DNA of 64,000 nucleotides from Amphiscolops sp. MND2022 (lineage: Eukaryota), in contig OZ076409.1 of assembly GCA_964187785.1 (NCBI GenBank), forward strand, positions 50,718,001 to 50,782,000, written 5' to 3'. The notes under the pieces are model-generated. The model was not told the origin of the DNA. It saw nothing but the letters and a program-made list of their open reading frames with translations, and searched no databases. Position numbers and translations under genes: made by a program. Within the stretch, counting starts at the first letter, position 1; the number at the start of each line of letters is the position of its first letter. Of the stretch, positions 39,056 to 52,284 are shown piece after piece.

Positions 39056-42000
39056 TTTTTAGTTGGCGCTTCATGAAGTGAAACGCGACTACTGTAATGA
39101 TTCTGTTTTTTTTTCAATCCACACGAACTGACCAAAATAGTTCCTAAAAGTTCTACAAGATTTTAAGGTCCCAAATTGAATCATTTGGCCTGGCGAATTC
39201 AACCAAAAAGGTTTTTCCTCTTTTTTTTGCATAAGATATCATACCGGGAAAGACTAAAGGGTTCCCCTTTGGGATTTGTTCGGCGTTGTGAGACTTTTTT
39301 GTAAAAAATCTCTTCCCGAAGATTCCCCCTGCAGTTGTTCAATGTTTTGCGACAGAATGGATGTTTAAAAATCCTCAAAACGTCCCCCCTTTCATTTTTT
39401 CGGCATTGTGAGACTTTTTTTGGAAACTGTTTCTCACCAATTTTTTCTACCCTTCAATTTTTTGATGTTTTGCAAGAATGGAAGTTGGAAAATGTAAAAA
39501 GATCCCCCTTTTAGCACGCCAGGAACCGGCGCTAGCGGGAACCTTGAACGCCAGTTCCGTCATTTGGGTTTTTTTGTGAGATTAATACTCTTTTTGTGAG
39601 TTTGTTACTTTGGGTTTTTTGACATTTTTATGTCCGTTTGCAAGTTTTGAGCCTTAGATATGGCTCCGACTTATGCCGTTCCCGGCATGTTTTTAGTTCG
39701 TTTGGATCTTCAAGTTAGGATATATTACAGTTGTTAAGTTGTGTTTCAATGTTGATTCTCAATGGTGAGAACACGATGCACCTTCTGGCTCTTTTCTCAT
39801 CCTAATTGGAGACATGTTTCTTCCGATGCTTTGTTCAAGTGAAACTATTTAAATATCCAATTGAATTAGCTTTTTTCTTTTCCTTTTCCTTTCTTCTTAC
39901 ATTCTTACTACATAGATGGCAATTAACTTGAATACATTTTATCGGCTATAATTGACAACAAGCCGGGAACGGCCCAAGTCGGCGTCATATCTAAGGGTCA
40001 ATAATATTTAAGGAAAACCTCAGCCTTTTGTGAAATTTTTCTTCTATCACACAGTGCAGAAAAATCTGAAAGGGTTTTCCCCTAAACTCGATGACTCTTT
40101 TTTTTCTGCACTGGAAACATCAGAAAACACTAATTTGCCTTTGAGAAAAATTAGTTTTTTTTTCAAAAAAGTACTTGATTAAAAAAGTCGCATAATGCCG
40201 AAAAAATCAAATGGGGACCCTTTGGCCTGCCCACTACTTTTGGTATTTTTGGAAACATTGAAAAACTTGTAGTTTAGTGTGAGACTCAAACCCTACGTTC
40301 TCCTTCTGAAAGTCTGAAGCTTCTGAAAGTCTGGACAGAAAAAGTCTGAATGATTAGAAAAAGTGGACCGATAGCAATGAACTGACGAAAAAAAACTAGC
40401 TACTGTAAGAGTCGTCATTTTCTTGGAAAACGCCGACTAAAAGCACAAGATTTGATAGATGAAACTATTCCAAATACCTGAAATACAGCGCTTTTCCCCA
40501 TATCTACTGAAAAAGAAGCAATCAAAGCCTCATAGAGACTCTGATTCGTGAAACATTCCAAACAGGGCATGAAATAAGCGCAGTAAAAATTTTTCTGCGA
40601 AACAGGGCGATTTTTGCATTTTATGGGTCCTCTTTTTTAACTTTTTCTGATTATCTTCTGAGAATAAATTTGGAACTATGCAAAATTTGGGGAAAAACGC
40701 TCCCGAGTAACTAAAAAATTCCACTGTAAATAAAATGTGTTGTATTGGAAAACGTATGGCTGAGTACGGCCTCTGAATTATATCAACAAGTACTGGGATT
40801 CACTCTGTGGAACGTTCGAAAAATTATTACGTAAACTTTTGAGTTGAAACAATGAGTAAGAAACATTTTGAAAAAAACTTCGGCAAAGTATAAAAGATCA
40901 TCAAGACAAGTGTAGTGTCATCGAGGTCCGTTGGACCTGATATACCTTTCAGTTGTCGAAACGCTATTTGAATTGTTGTATAAAACATTTATGCTGCTTA
41001 TAGACGCAAATTAGTCTTTTGTAAGCTCTTTTGTAAACAACATTCGAAACTTGATGTGTTGAATTAGACTCAGATCCACCAACCACTACTTCGGATTTTT
41101 TAATGCGATGGTTGCCCTTTGCATCAATTTACTTTTGATCCCAACCTTCTTAATTGAAACAACAACTGCAACAAAATTTGATTCGTCAAGTAATAATCAA
41201 ATGCTCAATTCAATATTGCTGTCCGGGATACGCGGCCTGAAACACGCTGCCCATATAAATGTTCTTAGAAAATTCTGGATGCGATCGTTTCGTATGTGAA
41301 CTTCTTCAAGTATGACTGCTCTTTGTTGACGTTTCTGTACTTTATTTTTCAACAAAAGGCGAAGTGGCACTGCGATATTTTTCATATACTGTTACATCAG
41401 AAAGATTCCGAAGGAGGACCTTTCAGGGTAACGAAAAGACTTTTTCTTAGCTGAAGTTATCACGAAGACCGAGCTCTTGTGGTTTTTCAATTCAGAAAAT
41501 TTTTGGCAAAACAAGTCGCAAAGACCCGAAATCATCCAAAAATGTAACCCTTTTCGCTCAAAAACCCGCTTTATAGACTGAATACGTTAAGGAAAAGTCA
41601 AACCAGCCAACCTCTCGTGAACAAAGAAAAATTTCGTAAGAGTCGCATAAAGTTGGAAGTCTTTTTCAAAATTATTGAGAAAATTCTCATCAGTCCCACA
41701 GAAGTCACGTTTAACCAAAGAGGTCACCCGTAAAACTTGAAAAGTGGTTTTACTTTAAGGAAAAATCTTTCTTCGGTAAATCGTACATTGCCTCTATGCT
41801 CGCGAAACGCATGTACCTGTCAAAAATCAGAAAAAATTGTTACAGTGCTGCGAAAAAAGCTTAAAGGGGGCCACATTGGTTTTTCCTCTACTTTTGCAAG
41901 CATAAAAAGTTTTGGTTTAGTGCAAGACTTGAAGCCACGTACTCCTGCTTCTCAGACCTGGTCAGAATTGACCTAAACAAAATTGACTCATTGGATCATT

Positions 42001-43676
42001 TAGACTGATTTGATCCTTTGAAATCATCCTATGTTATCAGATTCCCCAGAGTTTCGCTTTCACCTTGACTTCAACTCAATCAATTCTAAATAATCTTGAG
42101 AAGGCGTCAAACCTTCGAGAAAGTTGGGATCATACAAGATCAATTATAGGTTTTTGCCAAAAAAAATCAACTCAGGGTCTCTTCGAGATGACCAACTAAA
42201 CGTTTTTAGAACGACACTTCGAAAAATTGACGGCAGTATCTTGTAACAAAATTCTAGAAAGAAATCAACTTGAAGCTAAATGATCAAGAAAAAATTACAA
42301 TAAACGCAGTTTTACATCCAGATGTTTAAAATATCAAGCGGGCACTGAGCGAGACAAAAAATTCGAGATAACGTTGGTCAACTAGTCATGCTGTTCAAAA
42401 AAGCCTTTATGAATTAAACTCTGTGTTCCCTGAGAAAAAGTACTCAAGAAACTGCCGTGACTGCAACATGACAGAACGCAAGCTGTCGATAGTCCAGAAC
42501 ACTTGAGAAAATTAGTAGATAGTGAGGAAATTTCACCTTCCACGACAAAAGCCACAACTAGTACAACGTGGAGAAGTTTCAAAATGTTTATACCACTAGG
42601 CAAACCAATGGAATGCGATGAAAACCAACTGGGAAGATTAAACTGGTCTGCAAATTCTGATAGCGAATCATACTGTTACTCGTTATGAGCTATTCACGAA
42701 AAGTGGTTCCGGTGTTTTGTATTCATCATTACCAGCTTAACATTAAGGAAACCATGGGAAAAGCTTATCGAAAAACTTTAATGATGCTTTCATCAAAAAA
42801 TTAATGACGCAACAGTTGACACCAAAGACGTTCAAAATATTGACAGTGAAATCGCATTTACATCTCATTCGACCACGGTGATGGTGAGTGCTTGACAGCA
42901 AATCAATTTCTCTTCGAGAAGAAAACCAATCAAAATAACTTCTATAGTATATTGAAAATCACGAAATGAATGCCCCAAAAGTAATGGGAAAGCCATCGAA
43001 CAGCTTCTCTCTGTTTTTTTTGGGGGGGGGGGGTGTTGGTTAAAGCGAGAGTGATTCCACGTGGCTTGTGGCAAGGGAGGTTTTTTTCATTTCACCACCC
43101 AAAAAAGGAGATAGATTCGTGATATTTTGCGAAACGGCAACCATATATGGAAACTTCACTGGCCCTGTGAACAAACTGTCAGAAGTACTAGACTAATTTC
43201 GACTTTGTTTGGTACTTTTTACTCATCTTACGTTATCAATTTCCAACACTTTACTTTTTGTTTATTACAAGTATTGCTCATCCTACTTTTTGAATTCCGC
43301 CCCAAAACTCTCAAAACGATAGACTTTTCTATTGATTCAAGTTAAGACGAAGTATTTTTTAAACATGTCTTTGCCCCTAATTCAAATCCTTGATTTCTTG
43401 AACAAAACGTTGGAGTTCCGCGCGGTTCGAACCTGAGTGTTTCAGAAGAAAACCGTAATAATCAGGGTGAATCAATCAATTACTTTTGACTGAGTACTCA
43501 TCGAAACGATTTGCATTAATTATGTGAAATCAATATGTGAACAGTTGTGAATACAGTTGGATTCTTTTTTCCAAAACCTCAACAAAAATGGGATCCGAGC
43601 CTATTATCAGCTAACGCTTTAACGGGCCTGAACTTCGTGAAGAGAATAAAAGTTGCAAAAGTAGAAAGTTTTTTAG

Positions 43677-43879
43677 GTCACACGTCTGATGTTCTTGGTG
43701 ATGCTGGCATTCGTGTTGCTGTTGTCACCCCACAGACTGTGGAACCTGGCACGCTTCTTTAAGAATGACCTGACTTCGTTCGTGAGACTGCAGCTGATTA
43801 ACCAGGTGTGTAGTGCCATCTACATCTGCAACAGCATCGTCAACCCCGTCATCTGCTGTCTCTGCTCTGAAATATACAG
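43677..43879 (+). CDS. GPCR exon encoding TM6-ECL3-TM7
   Basis: Acceptor ttttttag| is phase 0. Translates to VTRLMFLVMLAFVLLLSPHRLWNLARFFKNDLTSFVRLQLINQVCSAIYICNSIVNPVICCLCSEIYR, with the TM6 F...P pattern and TM7 NSxxNP. Likely donor is AG|gctagt. Confidence 0.9.
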
Positions 43880-44239
43880 GCTAGTGATTTTGTACGGACT
43901 CCTCTTGCTTGTATTTTTCTCCTCTTCATGAAGTGGTTAGAACGATGAGAGATATAAATAGAAGGTAAAAAGGTGGCAATAAGTGCTCAATACGTCACTT
44001 GAGAGAATAGTTTTCGTGGTTTTTAACTTTTGTCAATTGGGTTGGGCAATTTCGTTGTGCGAGAATTACGAAATGAAAGCATTATATCTACTTGCATAGA
44101 GTTTGTATTGACCGCGATCAACTAAGCGAATGATTGGTAATCATTGTGAACGAGAAAGTTGAAAGTTTAATTTCATTGGATATCATGGGCAAAACAAGTC
44201 AAGCAATGAATCACTTTATATATAAAATATCCAATTATG

Positions 44240-45690
44240 CTGAAAAAGGAGCTTAGTAGCTCTTCGAGTTCTCACCCCGGAGAATGGACTAAAAAAGCAC
44301 ACTTTTTCGAGACATGGATGCATAGAATACGGAGACACTGAGAAAAAAATTTGAAAGTTGATAATTATCAACGATGTAGAGTCCTTCAAGTCTTTTTATA
44401 TAGGTATCTATTTGTGATTTGGTCATCAAATGCATGTCAAAGGGAAAAAGATTGAATTGACATAACCAATTGTAACTTTTGCACAGTGCATTTTGAAGGC
44501 ATTTTCCTTCAATTAACGTACGTCCTCTAGCCAGTGGTACTGAATAATTCCTCTGAAAACATGTGGTTATGCTCCTAATAACAATGATTTTAAGTTGGGG
44601 CAGAAAAGCTGTCGGCGATATTTTTGAAACTGTCTGAACAACTCTTTGATTAGTTCAACTAAGAGGAGTTCAAAAACAGAAAGAATTTAATTTTGCTGCA
44701 AAATATTCACGGAAGAATTGCTTGCTTTTTCTCAAATTGCTTTTAGCAGCTGCGCCGTAAATGAATAAACCATAACAAATAACAGTTTTTGCAAACGAGT
44801 TGTAGAACATTAAAAGGCATTTTTTTGTCGTAAAGATATCGAATTCTATAGATGAGACCACAAAATTTGCCTAAATTTTTCACTACATAATCCATTTGAT
44901 GATAGAATCTTAACGAACTATCTAAGTGAATGCCTAAATATTTACACGACTTTTTGTAGGGTATGGTATCATTCATCATTTGGATTTCCTCTGGTTTTCC
45001 TGAAGCGAAAGGCAAGATTCCACATTTATCCAGATTGACAAAGAGTTTGTTCGCTGTGTACCAATTGATTAACTCGTTCATATCTTGTTGAATCCCCGTA
45101 TCGTTTTTTGATTCGTTTTCAAAATACACTGCCGTCAGCAGAAGGTGCTATCTTGCAATTGATATCACATCTCGTTATATCGTTGATGTAAAGTATAAAC
45201 AATAATGGACCTAGACCTGACACCTGAGGTATGCCAGTTTCAATTTTTTGAAATCTGATAGTTTCTTCTGATATACTGATGTATCGAACCCGGTCACCAA
45301 AATAACAGAAGGTTTTTAACTTCACCTCTAAAACCATATTCAGACAATTTCGTCAGTAAGATATCATAATCAAGTGTATGAAACGCTTTCTGTAGGTCTA
45401 TAAAACAAGCCTGTCCCATAGATTTTTAAAATCAATCTCATCCCTCATGTACACCGTGACTGTCGTTATTGAATCAGCACATGATTTTTTGATCGATAAC
45501 CAAATTTTGCAGATGTAAACAATTGATTTCTTTCGCAGAAATTGATCTTTCGTTGATACAGAAGTTTTAGAAAAACTTTGCTAAGGGAAATAAATTCACT
45601 AATCGGGCGGTAGATTTCCAATTTAGCTCTATCGCCCTTTTTTGAATAGCGGAATAATTTTTGCACCTTTAAACTTTCAACTTTCAACAT
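44240..45690 (-). mobile_element. Decayed LINE (CR1/L2-like) RT and 3' UTR
   Basis: YRPISEFISLSKVF, GIPQVSGLGPLLFILYINDI and KYLGIHLDSSLRF. The 3' motif ggggtgagaac... is related to the 32433 stem-loop. Confidence 0.8.
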
Positions 45691-47955
45691 TTTTTTTTCT
45701 ACAAATTCATGTTTCTTTTCTCGTTTTTTTTAAACGAATTATCTACAGAGACTGAGACTACGTGAAGAGGGTTCATACTCTTGCAGAGATGTTTTGCATG
45801 ATTCATATATTGCGAATATGGTTTGTTCCAATTTTTGGAGCCATTTCAATATCAGTTAAACGTTCCTGCAATCAATTACTGAAATGAAAATACATTTTCA
45901 AGTTTATGAGTAAAATTTGAATAATCGTTATTCTGACTTTAGTGATAAGCTGGTGTTTGATAAGAATTTTTGATGAACAGCCCATTCTTAATTGTTAATT
46001 TTTTTTAAACCTCGCTGCAGTATTCAGCATAACCGGAAAGTTTAAAGTCGACACCATGCTTCAGGGAACAGCGATGGATTGTATCAAACTAAGGCTAGAA
46101 GCATGAACAATGTTTTTTCAAGCAGAGGACATTCTGAGGTCTGGCGAAGAAAAGAGTCACCATAAAATTCGGGCAGATTTCTAACAAAATGCACCGACTA
46201 AAACGGATCACTATACCGCTAAATGTGAACATTTTTAACTTGTATCCGTAAATACACACCAATGAAATCTAAAAGGCACAATTTTTGTTTCGATAGGAAG
46301 TATTAAAAGCTGCAATTATGTACAGTATGTCTCATATAGCAATTGTGTGACATTTTTGTAAGAATTGTTTTTTTAAAAAAACATTACCAGGATGTTCACT
46401 GTGCAGCGGGATATTTTCCGTTTTTGTAAACCTTTCGATTCAAATCAGGCCTGGTTTTGAAAACCATTGAAAGATTGTTTGTCCAGACAACGTTTGGTTG
46501 TTTTCCAAACTTTTTCTTTTTGAATTTCATGATGATTCATACTATGAAAAATATGCGCAGATTATAAAAAAGACATAAACGTTCGAAATGGGATTTTTGA
46601 TTCTCCGATAGGGTTTTTCGTGTAAACTATTGTTTGCTTATTTTCGAGAAAATGCTAAGCAGGCATTTATTATTATTATTGTGTCTTCGAACGGTGTGAT
46701 CATTTACTCCTATTAAAAGTGTACAAAATGTACGGAAATTGATTGAAAAGGCTGACTTCGGAGAAATATTGGCTTTTGTAGGCTTACTGGGATCTTTTAT
46801 AAACAAAACTTGAACTTTCTTCGCCTAAAAACAAATTGGGTAGTTGTTTTGTTGGTCGTTCAATTGGATAGGTACTCTAAACGACGAAAATGCCTGAAAG
46901 TGCTGTGCAAATACTGCCGCTAAGCTGTCGAAGTTACAGAATGTTGTTTTTTGCACTTTTTGGTCTTTTCGAGTCGTTTCTGTCTTAATGAGTATAGATT
47001 AATGAGAATAGATACTACAGTTGATTTTGAATGCAGTGTGTATCAATCAATACCCACCAAAACATCCCAAAGTTTGACAAAAGTAAATCGACAATGAAAA
47101 TTTTTTTTTTTTAAAAAAAACATTTTTTCTTGTGCAGAAAGTGTTTTTTTAATTTTTAAGTGCTGATTGCTCTTCTAAAAGGGATTAAGTGAATGATGAT
47201 TGTTTTCTTTTTACAAGATGTAGGTTTTCTTATGGAAACAACTTTTGAAATAGAAACAACAATTGCTTGAAACTGTCAAAATTTGAAAAATTTAAAATTT
47301 CCAACTTTTTGGGAGGAAACATCATAGCATGTTTTGAACTAAAAACATCAAATTTCCTTTTTAAAATTGATGTATACTTTTTGGTTTCAACCTGAAATTC
47401 TTTCGATATTGTAAAGCTTGAATTTTAAGAAAAAACTACAAAAGAAGCAACTTGGTGTTCAAAAATTTGATCATTTTTGGTTTCTGGTGACATGTTTGGG
47501 ATTTTTCCACCCTACAGAACTTACATTTTTGTCGTAAAAGCAAACGAGATGACTGTTTGTTCGGTTTTTGAAAACTGTGATTGATTGAATCTCTCAAAAT
47601 TTCGAAAAAAATTAAAAGTTGCCAAAAGTAGTCAAAAATACTACTTTCTAGTTTTCTTGTGGAAAAAAAAAGAGCTTTAAAAGAACATCACTTTTTACAG
47701 GATATCTAGCTGATACTTTATTGATTTTCTGAATGATCCAATATTTTGAAACTTCCGAAAACTATAGAAAAAATGCCTGAAAAAAGTCGATTAATTCAAG
47801 ACTTTCCAAACGTCTCATCAGTGAAGTTTTCTGGATAGCTGTTTTTTTCATATTGAAACTTCTTGGATTCATTAACCCCCTTTATTATTAATAATATTGT
47901 TTAAAAATGAACAGATTTTGTAATTTTCAAGTAATTCGGTGTCATGTTGAGGCCC

Positions 47956-48380
47956 TTTTTAGTCGGCGCTTTTTCCCTCAAGGAAAAAGCCTGACTATTA
48001 CGGTGACTAGTTTTTGGTCAGTCTCACTCTGACTGTTCCACTTTTTGTACACTCTGTGTACTTTTACCATCACAACTTTGTACTTCAATTCGAACGCATC
48101 CAAAGCCTCTAACATGAAATACAAAACCATTTCAAGGCAGAAGGGTCCGACCTTTCAATTTTTTTGGCACTATGAGACGTTCCCCTTTTTTTCGGCTGTG
48201 AGACATTTTTAACAGAAAATTATTCAATGTCTCCAAAGGGTCATTACTTCCTTTTTTGATGTTTTGCAACAAAAAGGATGTTAAAAATCTAAAAAGCCCC
48301 CCTTTTATATATTTCGGCACAATGTGACTGTTCAAAATTCTCATTTTTTGGCCGATATTAAGATTTCTCAATAGATATCC
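47956..48380 (+). mobile_element. HINE-like copy, 3'-truncated
   Basis: tttttagtcggcgct start plus internal family units. Confidence 0.6.
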
Positions 48381-48470
48381 ATCAGAAGGCGGCTTTTGTT
48401 ACGTTTAGAGAAGGCAAAAATTGCGCTAAAAGTTGCGCCTTTCTGGAAAAAAAGTTGCAATAACAAAACT

Positions 48471-48700
48471 TCAGTTACAATGATTCAGGTACCAATTAGG
48501 AACCAAAATATGCTTCAAGTTTTCAACAGTCAACGATTGGCGCCTTTTGGTTAGCGTAGCATTCATAACGGAGAATAATCGCAACCGCTCAATTGTCTGA
48601 TGAACAACACGGAAAGTGGATGATACAAAATCAAATTCTTCCTTGAGTGTCTGAAAAATTGCAGAGTTCAACCAAAACCTCAAATCGACACAGTCTTCAT
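48471..48700 (-). pseudogene. hAT-like transposase C-terminal dimerization-domain remnant
   Basis: ...IERLRLFSVMNATLTKRRQSLTVENLKHILV resembles the hATC pattern ER.FS......RR.SL..EN. Confidence 0.45.
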
Positions 48701-48753
48701 CTTCGGATACAGAGTTGTAGAATTGAGCGATAATATCGAAGTTTTCAGAAATA

Positions 48754-49131
48754 AAACAAGACGAGAACGCCTAAAGTCGGCGCCATATCTAAGGCTCAAA
48801 AAGCGCAAAACATTGTTTGAAAAAAAAATTCTTTCAAAAAAAGTCTCATAGTGCCGAAAAATGTATAACGGGACCCTTCTGTATTTGTTAACATACATTC
48901 CGTTGGGGACCCTTTAGGCACATCCGGTTTTGTAGGTTTCATTGAAAATGTTTAAAATGAAAAGGGGGACCCTAGGGACTAAGTTTGCCTCGGCGGGACT
49001 TGGCCTTAGGTGGTTTCAGGATTGTTTCTAAAAAGGGGACCGATCAGTGCGAGAATTGTAGTCTGAAGAAAAAAAACAGTCACTGCTATAGTCGGGCATT
49101 TTTCCCTTAAAGGAAAAGCGCCGACTAAAAA
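48754..49131 (-). mobile_element. HINE-like element
   Basis: aacaagacgagaacgcctaaagtcggcgcc ... aagcgccgactaaaaa. Confidence 0.7.
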
Positions 49132-49653
49132 CATGCCAATATCCCCCAGCCAAGTATCCCATATCTTTTCTGAAACTTCCAGGGTTTTGACAAAAGCAGC
49201 ACCACTGAGTTTATTTCGTGGCATTCCGTCAAAGAAACAACAAGATTCTGGCTGATTCTGAAATTTACAAAGCCCTTAAAAGTTATTGTCTTATTTAATA
49301 CTATTTTAAAATGGCAAATGAGTATACTTAATATAAAAACTACTTTTTAACACAAAAATTTGTCTGGAAGTTTGTCTTCATGGTATAGAACCAAAGCAAA
49401 CAATAACTAGGGAAGGCTAAATATGCTGTCCGCATATCGGGAGATTAATTTCTTTGAAATATGCGGAAATATGCGGTAATATGCGCCGCATATAAATGAC
49501 AAGCCTGAATAAAACCAACTCACTTTAACCTGCCTTTGTTGTATCACTCACTACTCGCTTTTGAAATGCCCAAAATTGCGTCAAATTTGAATAGTTGCGT
49601 ATTAATTAAAATCTCATCGAAAGTTGCGTGTTAAAATGCGTTATTGGTTTTCA

Positions 49654-50295
49654 AACAAGCCAATACCGGCCCAAGTCCGCGCCATATTCAAGGCTCGAAA
49701 ATAGCAAAAAGACTTCCAAGTGTCAAGTATTCTCTTTTACAGTACTCGAAAATCGAAAATTTTTTGAAAAAAAATTTCGAAAAAATTACATACTCAAAAA
49801 AACGGACCGAGTGGCGCACTAAAGTCTCACAATGCCGAAAAACTGAAAGGGGGGACCCTTTGAGGTTTTTCAACTTCCATTCTGTCGCAAAACATGAAAA
49901 AGTTGAAGTAAACAAAAAATTTTATTTTCGGGAAAAAATCTCACAATGCCGAAAAAAAACTGAAAGGGGGGACCCTTTGGGATTTTTCAACATCCATTCT
50001 GTCGCAAAACATCAAAAAAATGCAGGGGGGACCGTTTGGGGAAAAATTTTTTTTGAAAAATAAGTCTCGCAGTGCCGAAAAAATGAAAGGGGGACCCTTT
50101 GGTCTCGCCCGGTATGGTATGTTACGCGGAAAAACAGGAAAAACCTTTTTGGTTCAGTTCGTTAGGCCAAATAGTGAGATTTGGTGCAATAATATTTTGT
50201 AGAAGTTTTAAGAACTATTTTGGTCAGTTCGTGTGGATAGAAAAAAATAGAGTCACTAAAATAGTCGCGTTTCACTTCAAGAAAGGCACATTTTG
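49654..50295 (-). mobile_element. HINE-like element, close relative of the 2203 copy
   Basis: aacaagccaataccggcccaagtc ... atagtcgcgtttcacttca. Confidence 0.7.
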
Positions 50296-50689
50296 AAAAT
50301 TTTGTTCTCAGGTTTCATAAAAACGGCCTAGATACATTTCAAAATCTTTGCTCTTTTTGAGCCGTAGGTATAATGCCGACTTTAGACGTTTCCGTCTTGT
50401 TCATTCAAGGTTAGGCTTTCTTGGAACTTGGATAAAGCATCTCGGAATTTTTACGATTTTTTGACAATCTTATTGTTCCGAAGCGGTAGAAAAAATGCAA
50501 AAAAGTCAAACGTTCCAAACGTTTAAACTTTGGGTTTTTTGGGGTCAATTTGCGACACTATATCAGAACAACTTTTCGGATTTGTTTTCAACGAATCGTT
50601 TTGTTTGCTGATTTCTTCGACCACGAACTTTTTGGATATTCTAACCCACGAAGTTTTGCAACAAATATCTTCAAAAAAGCATCATGGAT

Positions 50690-51000
50690 AGCTTGTTTTA
50701 ATTCTATTCGAGGAAGTTCCAGTATTTTCATGATTTCCATGGCTTTATTTTTTTCGCAGAGCTACTTTTCCCTTCCTATTTGCCTATTTGCCATGTTCCA
50801 ACTTCGTATCCAAAATTCGCACGAAACTAAGTTTATGTCAGTTAAATTCTTTGTGTAAACCCCTTTAATTTGGATACGAAGTTGCAACATTGCAAATGTA
50901 GAGAGGGAAAAGCAGTTCGGTAAAAGCAGCTCAGCGAAAATAATAAAGCTATGGAAATGATGAAAATTCTACAGGAAGTTCCTGCATACAGAATAAAAAC
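50690..51000. repeat. Foldback with ~130 bp imperfect inverted arms
   Basis: Left arm ...catggctttatttttttcgcagagctactttt...aacttcgtatccaaa pairs with right arm tttggatacgaagtt...aaaagcagctcagcgaaaataataaagctatg... Confidence 0.75.
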
Positions 51001-51968
51001 AAAGACAACCTTTTTGGCGTTTTTCTCCAAATCAAGGTTTTGAAAGGAGAAAATTACAAAAAAAAACAATTTAACCACCACCCAAAAAAAAACAATTGAA
51101 AACGAGCCCGAAGTAACTTTTCAATGTTCCTGGTAATTAGAGTTTAATTGAAAAGCTAGCAATTGTAACTAAACAATCAAGAAGAACCATAAACTATATC
51201 GTTTCTCATAATACATTGTATACACCGAATGTAAGACACCCCCTCAATTTTTATCATTAGCTCAAATATAAAACACCCCCAGAATGTATTTTTTTTTCAC
51301 AGCTGACGCAACTTTCGCAATCCATAATTATCTTAATTTTCTATCGATCTACTCCATGTTTTATGAAAAAGTAAGTCACCTCTCGAATATACAACGCCCC
51401 CGTTTTTAAGAAAACATTGGCTACATCTCGCATGTCTTAGAGTAGGAGAAGAACAAAATGTGCTTTCAAGAACTCATTAAGACGCTCTGTTCACACAAAC
51501 TTTATTTTCAATATCGTCTAAGGCATTTTTGCAAATTGAATTCCATATATAATTGATCTAGATGATGTTTTTATGACCTCCTAATTGATAGCCTTACCTT
51601 AGTCTGCAGCGAATGCTAAGAATTAATCCTGAAAAATGAAATGACTCAATAATTTTCACGGAGGAACCATTGCCACTACATGCGTTGAGCAGATGAGTCA
51701 TCATACGAGTTTTGACATTATCAAAAACCGGTTTGGTTGCATAATAGCAGCGTGGTTTCTTCACTTGAAAGATTCTTACAGAAAGTGTTTGATTTTTGAA
51801 ATTGTGCAAAAATTTTCACAGAAAATAAACGAGAAATTGACAAAGTTAATCACGCAAGTTTCACTCGACGATGAAATAAGTTTCATGGAACAAGTTGTAT
51901 GTCACGTTTCAAATGAAATCTGTCTTCGGATAAAAATATGTCTCCTGAAAAGTTTTTTTCTGTTACAG

Positions 51969-52143
51969 AAAGCAACTGAGGACAACATTTTGCAGAAACT
52001 ACAACGACGGAGCCGCTAATCTGAGAGGTCCCAACAATGCCAATGCTAAACAATCTTCTAACATCTACATTTCAACAATGGCCCAGAGAGCCACCGCTCA
52101 CAACGAGCAGGAACCCGGAGGACGCATTACGTCACGAGTATGA
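51969..52143 (+). CDS. GPCR terminal exon: helix 8 and C-terminal tail
   Basis: Acceptor ttttttctgttacag|. Phase 2 reading gives (R)KQLRTTFCRNYNDGAANLRGPNNANAKQSSNIYISTMAQRATAHNEQEPGGRITSRV*, i.e. helix 8 (YRKQL...C) with a palmitoylation-type Cys. Stop TGA at 52141-52143. Confidence 0.8.
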
Positions 52144-52278
52144 ATAATTGTTTGTTAATTTTAGATGTTAAATTTGAAAAAGTAATGAAATGCTGTTGAG
52201 AGTGAGCTGAGATCAATTTCGCAATATCCTTCGCATCAGATAAGTAATGTTGACGTAAGTTTTAAAACTATGAGGGGA

Positions 52279-52284
52279 AATAAA
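52279..52284 (+). promoter_or_regulatory. Candidate polyadenylation signal AATAAA for the GPCR
   Basis: AATAAA about 135 nt after the stop codon. The motif is common in AT-rich DNA, so support is weak. Confidence 0.25.

Larger units (their letters stand above)
32455..41665. repeat. Tandem segmental duplication, ~4.55 kb unit (32455-36992 and 37091-41665)
   Basis: Colinear, near-identical sequence from ctggctcttttctcatcc to gttggaagtcttttt. The ORF track shows matching pairs (33193/37861, 35862/40530, 36441/41108, 36530/41197). Confidence 0.9.

Noticed and set aside
42390..42840. Possible further LINE fragment (KVVPV-like motif)
   Set aside because: Too degenerate to support.
51220..51810. 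Tc1/pogo-like repeats (gaat.taagac.cccc) and a possible transposase trace
   Set aside because: Neither a matching TIR pair nor a DDE motif could be verified.
51693..52019. 108-aa ORF overlapping the GPCR terminal exon
   Set aside because: Mostly intronic. The other frame gives the canonical helix 8 and a PDZ-type end.
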